This document shows positions 39,283 to 48,630 of a stretch of 64,000 nt of DNA, piece after piece. Origin of the DNA: an uncultured Mycobacteriaceae bacterium (GTDB lineage: Bacteria > Pseudomonadota > Alphaproteobacteria > DSM-16000 > Inquilinaceae); assembly GCA_964613585.1 (NCBI GenBank), contig CAZTHL010000008.1, positions 8,874 through 72,873 of the forward strand, given 5' to 3'. The notes under the pieces are model-generated. The model saw only the letters and a list, made by a program, of their open reading frames with translations, ran no database searches and was not told where the DNA came from. How positions within the stretch are numbered: position 1 is the stretch's first letter; every line of letters starts with the position of its first letter. Position numbers and translations under genes: made by a program.

Positions 39283-39633
39283 CCGGGGCGGCGCCACGGC
39301 GCCCGCGACCGACGGCTGCGGCAGCGCTTCACCGGGCCCGACCCCGGGGGCTGGTGGGCGCCGCTCCGGGTTGCGCCCGGCACGCCGGCACCGCGGCCGG
39401 CGGCGCTTGCAGCACCGATGACGTCCTTCAGGGATTGCCGAGACCTTGTTCTTGTACTGTTTGTTTCTTTTCAAGAATCCTGAAGCAACAGAAGCGCTTT
39501 CCAAAATGCGATTCGTGTAAGCGGCAAAGCTCGGCTCGGGTCCGTAAGCAGCTGAAGGCCGGCCCGAGGCGCTGCGATCCGGACTTGTCGGAGCCCTCGC
39601 AGACGACACGGAGCCGATGCCGTCGGACGGCTG

Positions 39634-40593
39634 CTAGAACATTATGGCGAAGAACAGGATCATCGCCCCCAGGATCGCGACCGAGCGCCGGTACAGGGTC
39701 AGGGCGCGGCGGATGTCGTCGGGCTCCAGCTCCTTGCGCCCGTTCCGGTTCATCCAGGCGTCCGCCACCTCGACGCCGCCGTACCGGCGCGGGCCGGCGA
39801 TGGCGATGCCGATGGCGCCCGCCATGGCGGCCTCGGGCCAGCCGGCGTTCGGCGAGCGGTGCCGGGGCGCGTCCTCCCGCATGGCCGCCCAAGCCCGGGC
39901 GGAGTTGTCCCGGGCGCCGCCCGAGGCCACGATCAGCAGGCCGGCCAGCCGCGCCGGGATCAGGTTGACGAGGTCGTCGAGCCGGGCCGAGGCCCAGCCG
40001 AACGCCTGGTGCCGGGACGTCCGGTGGCCGATCATGCTGTCGGCCGTGTTGACCGCCTTGTAGGCGATCAGCCCCGGCAGCCCGGCCAGCAGGTACCAGA
40101 ACACCGGCGCGACGACTCCGTCGGAGAAGTTCTCGGCCAGGGATTCGATCGCCCCCCGGCACACCCCGGAGGTGTCCAGGGTCTGCGGATCCCGGCCGAC
40201 GATCCGCGACACGGCCGTGCGCGCCGCCGGCAGTCCACCCTCGTCGAAGGCGTCGGCGACCTCGCGCACATGCTGGTCGAGGCTGCGCTGGGCCAGAAGG
40301 ACGGCGACCACGACGGCCTCGACGAGCCAGCCCACGGCGACGGAAGCGAACAGCCCGGCCGCCACGGCGCCGGCGGCGACCGCGAGCGCCACGATCACCG
40401 CGCAGGCCGCCACGCCGGCGAGCCGCCGGGCTCCCGCTCCCTGGTCCTCGAGGTTCCAGCGCCGGTCGAGCCAGCCGATGCCGGCGCCCATGGCGGCCAC
40501 GGGATGGGGCACGCGCCGCCACAGCCAGGGCGGATCACCGATCCACCAGTCGAGCGCCTGGGCGACGACCACGACGAGGCCGCGCTCGATCAC
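39634..40593 (-). CDS. cbiB: Adenosylcobinamide-phosphate synthase
   Basis: DWWIGDPPWLWRRVPHPV, RIVGRDPQTLD, AYKAVNTADSMIGH, SPNAGWPEAAMAG motifs. GTG start at 40593. 319 aa. Confidence 0.88.
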   Translation of the reverse strand: MIERGLVVVVAQALDWWIGDPPWLWRRVPHPVAAMGAGIGWLDRRWNLEDQGAGARRLAGVAACAVIVALAVAAGAVAAGLFASVAVGWLVEAVVVAVLLAQRSLDQHVREVADAFDEGGLPAARTAVSRIVGRDPQTLDTSGVCRGAIESLAENFSDGVVAPVFWYLLAGLPGLIAYKAVNTADSMIGHRTSRHQAFGWASARLDDLVNLIPARLAGLLIVASGGARDNSARAWAAMREDAPRHRSPNAGWPEAAMAGAIGIAIAGPRRYGGVEVADAWMNRNGRKELEPDDIRRALTLYRRSVAILGAMILFFAIMF

Positions 40594-40687
40594 GTGCCGA
40601 TCCTCCGGCCGCGCGGCCGGCGAGCGTCCTCGGAGCGGCGGAGCCTTTCGCGGAAGGGTAAATTGGTGTTGGAATGTTTCACGTTTC

Positions 40688-40716
40688 TTGGCCGAAGCAA
40701 GCAAAGGGCGTATAAG
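40688..40716 (+). promoter_or_regulatory. Candidate sigma-70-type promoter for the TRAP operon
   Basis: TTGGCC - 17 nt - TATAAG in the only AT-rich patch of the cbiB/dctP divergent region. This predicts a 5' UTR of about 110 nt. Confidence 0.35.
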
Positions 40717-40835
40717 CCCGGCTCGACCCGAGGCTTGGCCATGGCTGGCGGCGGCGGACCGGCACGGTTCGTGTCCGCCTTAGCCCTGCGCGCCGGCCTC
40801 CGCAAGAACGCTTCGAAGGAACAGGGAGGTACCCC

Positions 40836-41921
40836 ATGGACATGAGCCGTTCCACCCACCGGACCCGATCGCTCGTCAGCGCCGCCCTGGCGCTTGGGCT
40901 GGGGCTCGCCGCCGTCACGGCGACCTCGGCCGCGGAGGCCCAGGACCGCGTGCGCTGGCGCGTGCCCATCGCCTTTCCGTCGAGCCTGCCGGCACTCGGC
41001 GACAACATGGCCTGGGTCGCCGACCAGCTTCGCACCGCCACCGACCGGCGCATCGACCTGCGGGTGGTCGAGCCCGGCGAAATGGTGCCGCCGCTGGAGC
41101 TGACCGAGGCGGTCGGCGCCGGGCAGGTCCAGGCGGGCTACAACTGGCTCGGCTACGACCAGGGCCGCATCCCCGCCTCGCCGCTGTTCTCGGCGGTGCC
41201 GTTCGGCATGGAGCCGTGGGAGTACTCCGCTTGGTGGTACTACGGTGGCGGCCGCGAGCTGGCCGAGGAGATCTACGGCGACAGCAACGTCCATCCGGTC
41301 TTCTGCGGCATCACCGGGCCCGAGACCGCCGGCTGGTTCAAGCAGCCGGTCGAGGGCGTGGAGGACTTCCAGGGCCTGAAGATCCGCTTCGCCGGGCTGG
41401 GCGGCCAGGTGCTCGAGGATCTCGGCGCCTCGGTGACGCTGATCCCGGGCGCGGAGATCTTCCAGGCGCTCGAGCGCGGCGCCATCGACGCCAGCGAGTT
41501 CGCCCTGCCGGTGGTCGACCAGCGGCTCGGCTTCGGCCAGGTGGCCGAATACAACTACTTCCCCGGCTGGCACCAGCCGTTCACGGCCTTCCACCTGGTG
41601 GTCAATCGCGAGGTCTGGAGCGAGCTCAGCGAGGCCGACCAGGCGATGATCGACATGGCCTGCACCGCCGGCGTCACCAACAACCTGGCCAAGGGCGAGG
41701 CACTGCAGGGCGAGGTGATCGCCGGCTTCGAGGAGGAGGGCATCACCGCCACCAAGCTGCCGACCGAGGTGCTCCGTGAGCTGGAGACCGCGGCGCTGGA
41801 GGTGCTGGAGGCCCGGGCGGCGGAGGACGAGGACTTTGCCCGGGTCTATGAGAGCCAGCAGGCCTTCAGCGAGAACTACACCTTCTGGAAGGAGTTCGGC
41901 TATCTGCCGCGCGACTTCTGA
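40836..41921 (+). CDS. dctP: TRAP transporter substrate-binding protein (DctP family, COG4663-like subfamily tentative)
   Basis: Signal peptide ending AAEAQD. DctP-like body followed by Q and M genes. Confidence 0.82.
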   Translation: MDMSRSTHRTRSLVSAALALGLGLAAVTATSAAEAQDRVRWRVPIAFPSSLPALGDNMAWVADQLRTATDRRIDLRVVEPGEMVPPLELTEAVGAGQVQAGYNWLGYDQGRIPASPLFSAVPFGMEPWEYSAWWYYGGGRELAEEIYGDSNVHPVFCGITGPETAGWFKQPVEGVEDFQGLKIRFAGLGGQVLEDLGASVTLIPGAEIFQALERGAIDASEFALPVVDQRLGFGQVAEYNYFPGWHQPFTAFHLVVNREVWSELSEADQAMIDMACTAGVTNNLAKGEALQGEVIAGFEEEGITATKLPTEVLRELETAALEVLEARAAEDEDFARVYESQQAFSENYTFWKEFGYLPRDF

Positions 41922-42038
41922 GGCCGACGGCGCGTCCGTCCGAGGGCGCGGGATCGCCGGCCGGCTGCGGCCGGCGCCGATCCTGCCCCTCGCCGGCCGC
42001 CACCGGCCGGCCGGGCGGGCCGAGCCTGGGTCTCCGCC

Positions 42039-42662
42039 ATGAGCGACGCTGATCCCGGCGGCGGGCACGACGCGGGCAAGGAGGCGGCGGTCGACCTGTC
42101 GCCGCCGAGCACCCTGCCGCGCACCCGCCTGTCCAACGCGCTTGACGCAGTGATCGAGCAAATCGGCAACCTCGCCTCCTGGCTGTGGCTGGTCCTGGTC
42201 GGCATCATCATGGTCAACGTCACCATGCGTTACCTGTTCGGCGAGGGGCGGATCGAGTTCGAGGAGCTGCAGTGGCACCTCTACGCTGTCGGCTTCCTGA
42301 TCGGCCTGTCCTACTGCATGGCCAGCGACAGCCATGTCCGGGTCGACGTGCTCCACAACCGCTTCTCGCTGAAGACCAAGGCCTGGATCGAGTTGCTCGG
42401 CCTTGTCTTCTTCCTGGCGCCGTTCATCGCGCTGGTGCTGATCTACGGCGCGCCCTTCGTGCAGCGTTCCTTCGAGATCGGCGAGGTGTCGGACGCGCCG
42501 GGCGGCCTGCCCTACCGCTGGGCGATCAAGGCGTTTCTCTTGATCGGCTTCGGCCTGCTCGCCGTGGCCGCCGTGTCGCGGCTGGCGCGCGTGACCGCCG
42601 CGCTGTTCGGCGTGCCGCGGCCTCTGCCGCGGGAGCCCGAGCGCTCCGCCGCCGGCGAGTAG
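42039..42662 (+). CDS. dctQ: TRAP transporter small permease (DctQ) with ~35-aa polar N-terminal extension
   Basis: Four TM segments and a NVTMRYLFGEG motif. Confidence 0.8.
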   Translation: MSDADPGGGHDAGKEAAVDLSPPSTLPRTRLSNALDAVIEQIGNLASWLWLVLVGIIMVNVTMRYLFGEGRIEFEELQWHLYAVGFLIGLSYCMASDSHVRVDVLHNRFSLKTKAWIELLGLVFFLAPFIALVLIYGAPFVQRSFEIGEVSDAPGGLPYRWAIKAFLLIGFGLLAVAAVSRLARVTAALFGVPRPLPREPERSAAGE

Positions 42663-42670
42663 CCCGCGCC

Positions 42671-44101
42671 ATGGAGTTCAACGAGATCCTCGCCGTCCTG
42701 ATGTTCGTCTCGTTCATCGGGCTCCTGTTCACCGGCTACCCGATCGCCTGGCTGCTCGGCGGCATCGCGGTGATTTTCACGGCCATCGCGGTCTTCGTCG
42801 ATACCTACATGGCCGACTGGCTCTACACCACCTTTCCGGACACCTGGCTCGACCTCAACTGGCGCTACACGTCGCTGATCGTCGCCAACATCTGGGAGCA
42901 GATGCGCAACTGGGTGCTGGTGGCGCTGCCCATGTTCATCTTTATGGGCCTGATGCTCGACCGGTCGGGCATCGCCGAGCGGCTGATGACCAACTTCGTA
43001 CGCGTGTTCGGCGGCATGCGCGGCGGCCTCGCGGTGACGGTCACCCTGATCGGCGTGCTCCTGGCGGCCTCGACCGGCATCATCGGCGCCTCGGTCGTGC
43101 TGCTCGCCCTGCTCGGCCTGCCGGTCATGCTGAAGAACAACTACAGCCGCACCCTGGCGGTCGGCACGGTGAGCGCGGTCGGCACCCTCGGGATCCTGAT
43201 CCCGCCCAGCATCATGCTGGTGCTGATGGCCGACCGCTTGGCGCTTCCCGTGGGCAACCTGTTCCTGGGCGCGCTGTTCCCGGGCCTGCTGCTGGGCGGC
43301 CTCTACATCGCCTACATACTGCTGGTGGCGCTCCTCAACCCCCACATGGCGCCGGCGCCGGCGGCGCGCGAGCCGCTCGACCTGCGCTCGGTCCTCGGCG
43401 TGCTGTGGGCGATCCTGCCGCCGGCGGCGCTGATCCTGGCGGTGCTCGGCACCATCTTCTTCGGCGTGGCGACGCCGACCGAGGCCTCGGGCGTGGGCGC
43501 GTTCGGCGCCACCGTGCTGGCCTGGGCCAACGGCAAGCTGACGTTGAAGGTGCTGCGCGACGTGATGCGCGAGACGACGCGCACGACGGCCTTCATCTTC
43601 GCCATCATCCTGGGCGCCACGGCGTTCGCGCTCGTGCTGCGCGGCCTCGGCGGCGACGAGCTGATCGAGGGCACCCTGCTCGGCCTCAATCTCGGCGACA
43701 TCGGCACCATCGTCGCCATCCTGGCGGTGGTGTTCGTGCTCGGCTTCCTGCTCGACTGGATCCAGATCATCCTGATCGTGCTGCCCCTGGTCGGCCCGTT
43801 GATCGGCGACCCGGGCAACCCGGCGACCGGCATGTGGCAGGATCTCGGCTTCGCCAGCCCCGAGGACGCGCTGGTCTGGTTCACCCTGCTGTTTGCCGTG
43901 GTGCTGCAGACCTCGTTCCTGACGCCGCCGGTCGGCTTCGCCCTGTTCTATGTCAAGGGCGTGGCCCCGGCCGAGATCCGCGTCAGCCACATCTACAAGG
44001 GGGTGGTCCCGTTCATCGCCCTGCAGCTTCTCGGCGTGCTGGCCATCTTCTTCTGGCGCGACCTGGTGATCTGGCTGCCCGGGGTGGCGTATGGACCATA
44101 G
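42671..44101 (+). CDS. dctM: TRAP transporter large permease (DctM)
   Basis: ATG at 42671 within ORF 42185..44101. 476 aa polytopic protein. Confidence 0.88.
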   Translation: MEFNEILAVLMFVSFIGLLFTGYPIAWLLGGIAVIFTAIAVFVDTYMADWLYTTFPDTWLDLNWRYTSLIVANIWEQMRNWVLVALPMFIFMGLMLDRSGIAERLMTNFVRVFGGMRGGLAVTVTLIGVLLAASTGIIGASVVLLALLGLPVMLKNNYSRTLAVGTVSAVGTLGILIPPSIMLVLMADRLALPVGNLFLGALFPGLLLGGLYIAYILLVALLNPHMAPAPAAREPLDLRSVLGVLWAILPPAALILAVLGTIFFGVATPTEASGVGAFGATVLAWANGKLTLKVLRDVMRETTRTTAFIFAIILGATAFALVLRGLGGDELIEGTLLGLNLGDIGTIVAILAVVFVLGFLLDWIQIILIVLPLVGPLIGDPGNPATGMWQDLGFASPEDALVWFTLLFAVVLQTSFLTPPVGFALFYVKGVAPAEIRVSHIYKGVVPFIALQLLGVLAIFFWRDLVIWLPGVAYGP

Positions 44102-44262
44102 GCGGCGAAGCCGCCGCGTGCGCGCAGCGTGCCCGGGGTTGGTTCCGCTGCGCTTCACCCGGCTTCCACGAGATGCGTCGTCTGCGTGACAGGGTCTTCT
44201 TTGGTGGGGTGGAGCGCCGGAGGAAGTCGACGACTCCCGGCCTTGATGATCGCCGGCCGCGT

Positions 44263-45246
44263 TCACCGCGCCCGCAGGAAATGCACGCTGAACAACTCTT
44301 CCGGGTCGGTCCAGCTGCGCTCGGCGTGCCACCCGTTGGCCGAGGCCAGGGCCACGAACTCGTCGACCGAGTACTTGCACGAGTCCTCGGTGTGAATGCT
44401 CTCGCCGGCGCGGAAGGCGAAGGCGCGGCCGGCGACCCGCACCATCTGCGCGCGCCGGCTCACCAGGTGCATCTCGACCCTGCCCTTGGCGGCCTCGTAG
44501 CGTGCCTCGTGGCGGAAGCCCGACAGGTCGAAGCTGCCGTCGAGCTCGCGGTTGATCCGGGCCAGGAGATTGAGGTTGAACGCCGCGGTCACGCCTTCCG
44601 AGTCGTTGTAGGCCGGCTCCAGGCGCGCCCGGTCCTTCTTGAGGTCGACGCCGATGACGAGGGCGCTGCCGTGCCCGAGCGTCCCGGCGGTGCGCGCCAG
44701 GAACGCCCCCGCCTCGGCCGGTGGGAAGTTGCCGATGGTCGAGCCGGGGAAGAAGCCGATGCGGCTGTGCTCGTCCGAGGCTTCCGGCAACTCGAAGGCG
44801 GCGGTGTAGTCGGCGCACACCGGCCGCACCGGCAGGCCCGGGTAGTCCGCGGCCAGCGCCCGGGCCGACTCGAGCAGGTGATCGCGCGAGATGTCGACCG
44901 GGATGTAGGCGGCCGGCTGCTCGAGCGCGTCGAGGATGATCCGCACCTTGGTGCTTGAGCCGCTGCCAAGCTCGATCAGGAAGCCACGCGGACCGATCAG
45001 CCCGGCGATCTCCCCGGCCCGCTCACGAAGGATCGCCATCTCGGTGCGGGTCGGATAGTACTCGTCAAGGTCGCAGATCCGGTCGAACAGCCGAGAGCCG
45101 CGCGCATCGTAGAAGTACTTGCTCGGAATGCGCTTCTGCGGCAGCGCCAAGCCCGCCAGAACGTCGGCCCGGAAGGCGTCGCCGTCGTCGGTGAAGTCGT
45201 CGTACCCGGCGAGGGCCTCGGCCACCGCGCCCGCTCCGCTGCTCAT
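44263..45246 (-). CDS. egtD: L-histidine N-alpha-methyltransferase (ergothioneine pathway)
   Basis: KYFYDARGSRLFDRICDLDEYYPTRTE signature and LGSGSSTK. The ATG overlaps the egtB stop (ATGA). Confidence 0.9.
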   Translation of the reverse strand: MSSGAGAVAEALAGYDDFTDDGDAFRADVLAGLALPQKRIPSKYFYDARGSRLFDRICDLDEYYPTRTEMAILRERAGEIAGLIGPRGFLIELGSGSSTKVRIILDALEQPAAYIPVDISRDHLLESARALAADYPGLPVRPVCADYTAAFELPEASDEHSRIGFFPGSTIGNFPPAEAGAFLARTAGTLGHGSALVIGVDLKKDRARLEPAYNDSEGVTAAFNLNLLARINRELDGSFDLSGFRHEARYEAAKGRVEMHLVSRRAQMVRVAGRAFAFRAGESIHTEDSCKYSVDEFVALASANGWHAERSWTDPEELFSVHFLRAR

Positions 45247-46547
45247 CAGGCGTCCTCCGCCAGGCGCAGCCCGCTGAACTGCCAGCGCTGCTGCGGGTAG
45301 AAGAAGTTTCGGTAGGTGGCCCGGACATGGCCGTCCGGGGTGGCGCAGGAGCCGCCGCGCAGGACCATCTGGTTGCACATGAACTTGCCGTTGTACTCGC
45401 CCACGGCCCCGGCCGGCGGCCGGTAGCCCGGATAAGGGCCGTACGGGCTCTGGGTCCATTCCCAGACATCGCCGAACAACTGGCGCGGGGCGTCGCCGGC
45501 CGGCGGCCCGACAAGCGGGCGCAGGAAGCCGCTGCCCACCGTGTTGCCCCGGACCGGCTGGCACGCCGCCGCGATCTCCCACTCCGCCTCCGACGGCAGC
45601 CGGGCGCCGGCCCAGCGGGCGAAGGCGTCGGCCTCGTAGAAGCTGACATGGCAGACCGGTGCCGCGGGCTCGATCGGACGCCGGCCGGCCAGGGTCATCG
45701 ATCGCCAGCCCGTCTCCTCCTCGCGCCAGTAGCCGGGCGCCTGCCAGCCCTCGGCCTGGACCGTCGCCCAGCCGTCGGACAGCCACAGCTCCGGCCGCCG
45801 GTAGCCGCCGTCCTCCATGAAGCCGAGCCAGTCGGCGTTGGTCACCGGATGCGAGGCGAGCCGGAACGGCCGCAGCAGCACCTCGTGACGCGGCCCCTCG
45901 TTGTCGTAGGCGAAGCCGGTCCCGTCATGGCCGACGGGAACGATGCCGCCGGGGACTTCGTGCCAGCGCCGCTCGCCGCCTGCGCCTGTCCCCGCATCGG
46001 CGGTACGGTACGGGCGGTAGACCGGGCCGACGGGGTTCTGCGCGAGCAGATGGAGCAGGTCGGTCAGGACCAGCTCCTGGTGCTGCTGCTCGTGGTGCAG
46101 GCCAAGCTCCACCAGCGCCGCGATCTCCGCGGCATGCGGCGCCGGCGGATCGGCCAGCAGGTCGACCATGGCGGCGTCGACATGGCCACGGTAGGCGCCG
46201 ACCTCGGCCACCGAGGGCCGGGTGATCATGCCGCGCTCGGGCCGCGGGTGCCGGGCACCGACGGCCTCGTAGTAGGAATTGAACAGGAAGCCGAACGCCG
46301 GGTCGAACACGGCGTAGCCGGGCCGGAAGCGCTGCAGCAGGAAGGTCTCGAAGAACCAGGTCGTGTGCGCGCGATGCCACTTCACGGGGCTGGCGTCAGG
46401 CATCGACTGGACAACCTGATCCTCCGGCGACAGCGGCGCCGCCAGGGCCTCGGTGTCGCCACGCACGCGGCGAAACCGGGGAACCAGGGTCTCCAGCCGG
46501 TCCGGGGGCAGACGATCCGTGCCTACCGGCTGATCGGGTGGCGCCAT
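45246..46547 (-). CDS. egtB: Hercynine oxygenase / sulfoxide synthase (ergothioneine pathway)
   Basis: DinB-like N-domain (WHRAHTTWFFETF, HHEQQHQEL) plus an FGE-sulfatase domain (GDVWEWTQSPY). AGGAG SD. Confidence 0.9.
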   Translation of the reverse strand: MAPPDQPVGTDRLPPDRLETLVPRFRRVRGDTEALAAPLSPEDQVVQSMPDASPVKWHRAHTTWFFETFLLQRFRPGYAVFDPAFGFLFNSYYEAVGARHPRPERGMITRPSVAEVGAYRGHVDAAMVDLLADPPAPHAAEIAALVELGLHHEQQHQELVLTDLLHLLAQNPVGPVYRPYRTADAGTGAGGERRWHEVPGGIVPVGHDGTGFAYDNEGPRHEVLLRPFRLASHPVTNADWLGFMEDGGYRRPELWLSDGWATVQAEGWQAPGYWREEETGWRSMTLAGRRPIEPAAPVCHVSFYEADAFARWAGARLPSEAEWEIAAACQPVRGNTVGSGFLRPLVGPPAGDAPRQLFGDVWEWTQSPYGPYPGYRPPAGAVGEYNGKFMCNQMVLRGGSCATPDGHVRATYRNFFYPQQRWQFSGLRLAEDA

Positions 46548-46906
46548 CGTGGAGCTCCTCTCCTGGGGTCGGCGCTGCCGGGCAGGCGCACCATAACGAT
46601 GGATTTGGTCACCATGACAGGGGAGATTTGCCGGCATTCGCGGATTTTCCGTGACAAACCGGAGAATTTGCGCGGATCCGCTACACAGCGCGGCGCAATT
46701 GAGACAAACCGCCGCACAAGCGAGACATACGGTCGAACGATCGGGGCCGCACCGTCATTCCGGGCGGGTCTCCCCGGCTGCTCGACGGCGTCCGCGTCAC
46801 CGGGGACGCCCGCGTCGCCGACGCGGTATGGCAAGGCCGGCGCGCGCGGTGCAGGATGGTGTCCCAAGGATAAGCGGGCGCCGCTCGAGCGGTTCCGCCC
46901 CCAACG

Positions 46907-47899
46907 ATGATCAGGCGTCCACCGCCCATGCTTCGGCTGCGCAAGCCCGTCGTGCTCGTGTCCCGCAGGCTGCCGTCCGCGGTCGAGCAGCGGCTGTGGC
47001 GCGACTACCGCCCCCTGCTGAACGAGACCGACACGCCCTATGACGCCGCCACGCTGGTGCGGCGCGCCGACGGCGCCGACGCCCTCCTGGTGTGCGGCAC
47101 CGACACCCTGTCCGCCGAGGTGATCGAGGCCTTGCCCCGGCAGGTGAAGGCGGTCGCCACCTTCTCGGTCGGCTACGACCATATCGACCTGGACGCGGCG
47201 GCCCGACGCGGCCTGACCGTCACCAACACGCCCGATGTGCTGACCGACGCGACGGCGGAGGTGGCCATCCTGCTGCTGCTGGCCGCCGCCCGCGGCGCCT
47301 CGGCCGCCGAGCGCAAGGTGCGGGCGGGCCGCTGGCAGGGCTGGGCGCCGACTGCCGAGCTCGGCCTTCAGCTCAGCGGCAGGACGCTCGGCATCGTCGG
47401 AATGGGCCGGATCGGCCGCGCCACCGCCCACCGCGCCCGCGCCTTCGGCATGACGATCCGCTACACGAGCCCGGACCGGCTGCCGCCGGAGCTCGAGCAG
47501 GGTGCCACCTACCACGCCCGCGTCGAGGACATGCTGCCGGCGACGCCGTTCCTGTCGCTGCACTGCCCGCTGACACCGCGCACCCGCCACCTGCTGGACG
47601 ATCACCGGCTCGGGCTGCTGCCGGACGGCGCGGTCGTGGTCAACACCGCGCGCGGGCCGGTCATCCACGACGCGGCGCTGATTCGGGCGCTGCGCTCGGG
47701 CAAGGTGGCGGCGGCCGGCCTCGATGTCTTCACCGGCGAGCCGCGGCTCAACCCCGGCTACCTCGCGCTCGAGAATGTCGTGCTGCTGCCGCACATCGGC
47801 AGCGCCACCCGCGAGACCCGTGACGCGATGGGCTTCTGCGCCCTCGATAATCTCGATGCGGCGCTGGCGGGGCGCGAGCCGCCGAACCGCGTCGTCTGA
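46907..47899 (+). CDS. D-isomer-specific 2-hydroxyacid dehydrogenase, paralog 2
   Basis: GIVGMGRIG, NTARG, LLPHIGSAT. Alternative ATG at 46928. Confidence 0.88.
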   Translation: MIRRPPPMLRLRKPVVLVSRRLPSAVEQRLWRDYRPLLNETDTPYDAATLVRRADGADALLVCGTDTLSAEVIEALPRQVKAVATFSVGYDHIDLDAAARRGLTVTNTPDVLTDATAEVAILLLLAAARGASAAERKVRAGRWQGWAPTAELGLQLSGRTLGIVGMGRIGRATAHRARAFGMTIRYTSPDRLPPELEQGATYHARVEDMLPATPFLSLHCPLTPRTRHLLDDHRLGLLPDGAVVVNTARGPVIHDAALIRALRSGKVAAAGLDVFTGEPRLNPGYLALENVVLLPHIGSATRETRDAMGFCALDNLDAALAGREPPNRVV

Positions 47900-48060
47900 G
47901 CCGCCGGGCGCCGGCGTCCGGGCCGTCGACGCCGGCGGCACGGCAAGGGCGGCCCGGATGGCGAGGCGACCGACCCGGGACGCACGCACGGCTCAATTTG
48001 CAGCGAGGCAATACGCATCAAGGATTTTTCCGGAGCATCGGCGTCCCTGAAGGACCGCGC

Positions 48061-48455
48061 ATGTCCAGCATCACGGTCCGAAATCCCGATGACAACTGAG
48101 GATGACAACTGAGTTTGCGTCCCCAGGCGTGGTGTAGGAGCCGGCCGCGCGCGGAGCCCCCGGCGTAGCGCAGCGCGCGGCCGGCGGCGCGACCGGCTCA
48201 TCGCCGGGATCGACACCATGATCGATCAGGACTTCACCGGCCGTGTGCTGCCCTTCGACAACGCCGCCGCGAGGGCCCTCGCCACCATCGCCGCCGCCCG
48301 CCGCGCCGCTGGCCGCTCGTCATGCAGGCCGCTCGCCGCTCGTCATGCAGGCCGAGTGCCAGATCGCGGCCATCGCCCGACCCCCCGCCCCGGCGGTGGC
48401 GACGCGGAACGTCGAAGACCTCGCCGGGAACGGGATCGAGGTTCTGAGTCCATGG
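48061..48455 (+). pseudogene. Decayed vapBC/fitAB-like toxin-antitoxin remnant
   Basis: MSSITVRNPDDN* looks like the antitoxin N-terminus. It is followed by PIN-toxin middle and C-terminal pieces in two frames (FTGRVLPFDNAAARALATIAAARRAAGR; ECQIAAIARPPAPAVATRNVEDLAGNGIEVLSPW). The PIN N-terminal acidic motif is absent. Confidence 0.6.
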
Positions 48456-48563
48456 TGCCCGCTCACCGCTCCAATGATGCCCGCTCACCGCTCCAATGGT
48501 GGTCGCTCACCGCTCCAATGGTGGTCGCTCACCGCTCCAATGGTGGTCGCTCACCGCTCCATA
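48449..48563. repeat. 22-bp tandem repeat array (about 4.7 units)
   Basis: CGCTCACCGCTCCAATGGTGGT at 48460, 48482, 48504 and 48526, with a partial unit at 48548. It was seeded from the 3' end of the vapC remnant. The period is not a multiple of 3. Confidence 0.9.
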
Positions 48564-48630
48564 GGCATCCCGGCCGCCCGACGGACATCCTCGTCGTCGC
48601 CCGCGGGACGCCATCATTGCCCCGGCACGG

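Noticed and set aside
40594-40835. A cobalamin riboswitch upstream of cbiB, or another leader element upstream of dctP.
   Set aside because: I looked on both strands for a B12-box-like AGYCMGGNGACCKGCC and the GGTGNNAATCC/GCCACTG elements and did not find them. A covariance-model scan would be needed to exclude it fully.
33760-47899. The two 2-hydroxyacid dehydrogenase genes (33760-34749 and 46907-47899) as a recent duplication or the boundaries of a mobile segment.
   Set aside because: The protein sequences are clearly diverged and share only family motifs. They are on opposite strands, and I saw no flanking repeat symmetry.
48449-48563. The 22-bp repeat array as a CRISPR locus.
   Set aside because: The units are directly abutting with no spacers. 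The array is very short, and there are no cas genes in the window. It is a simple tandem repeat.
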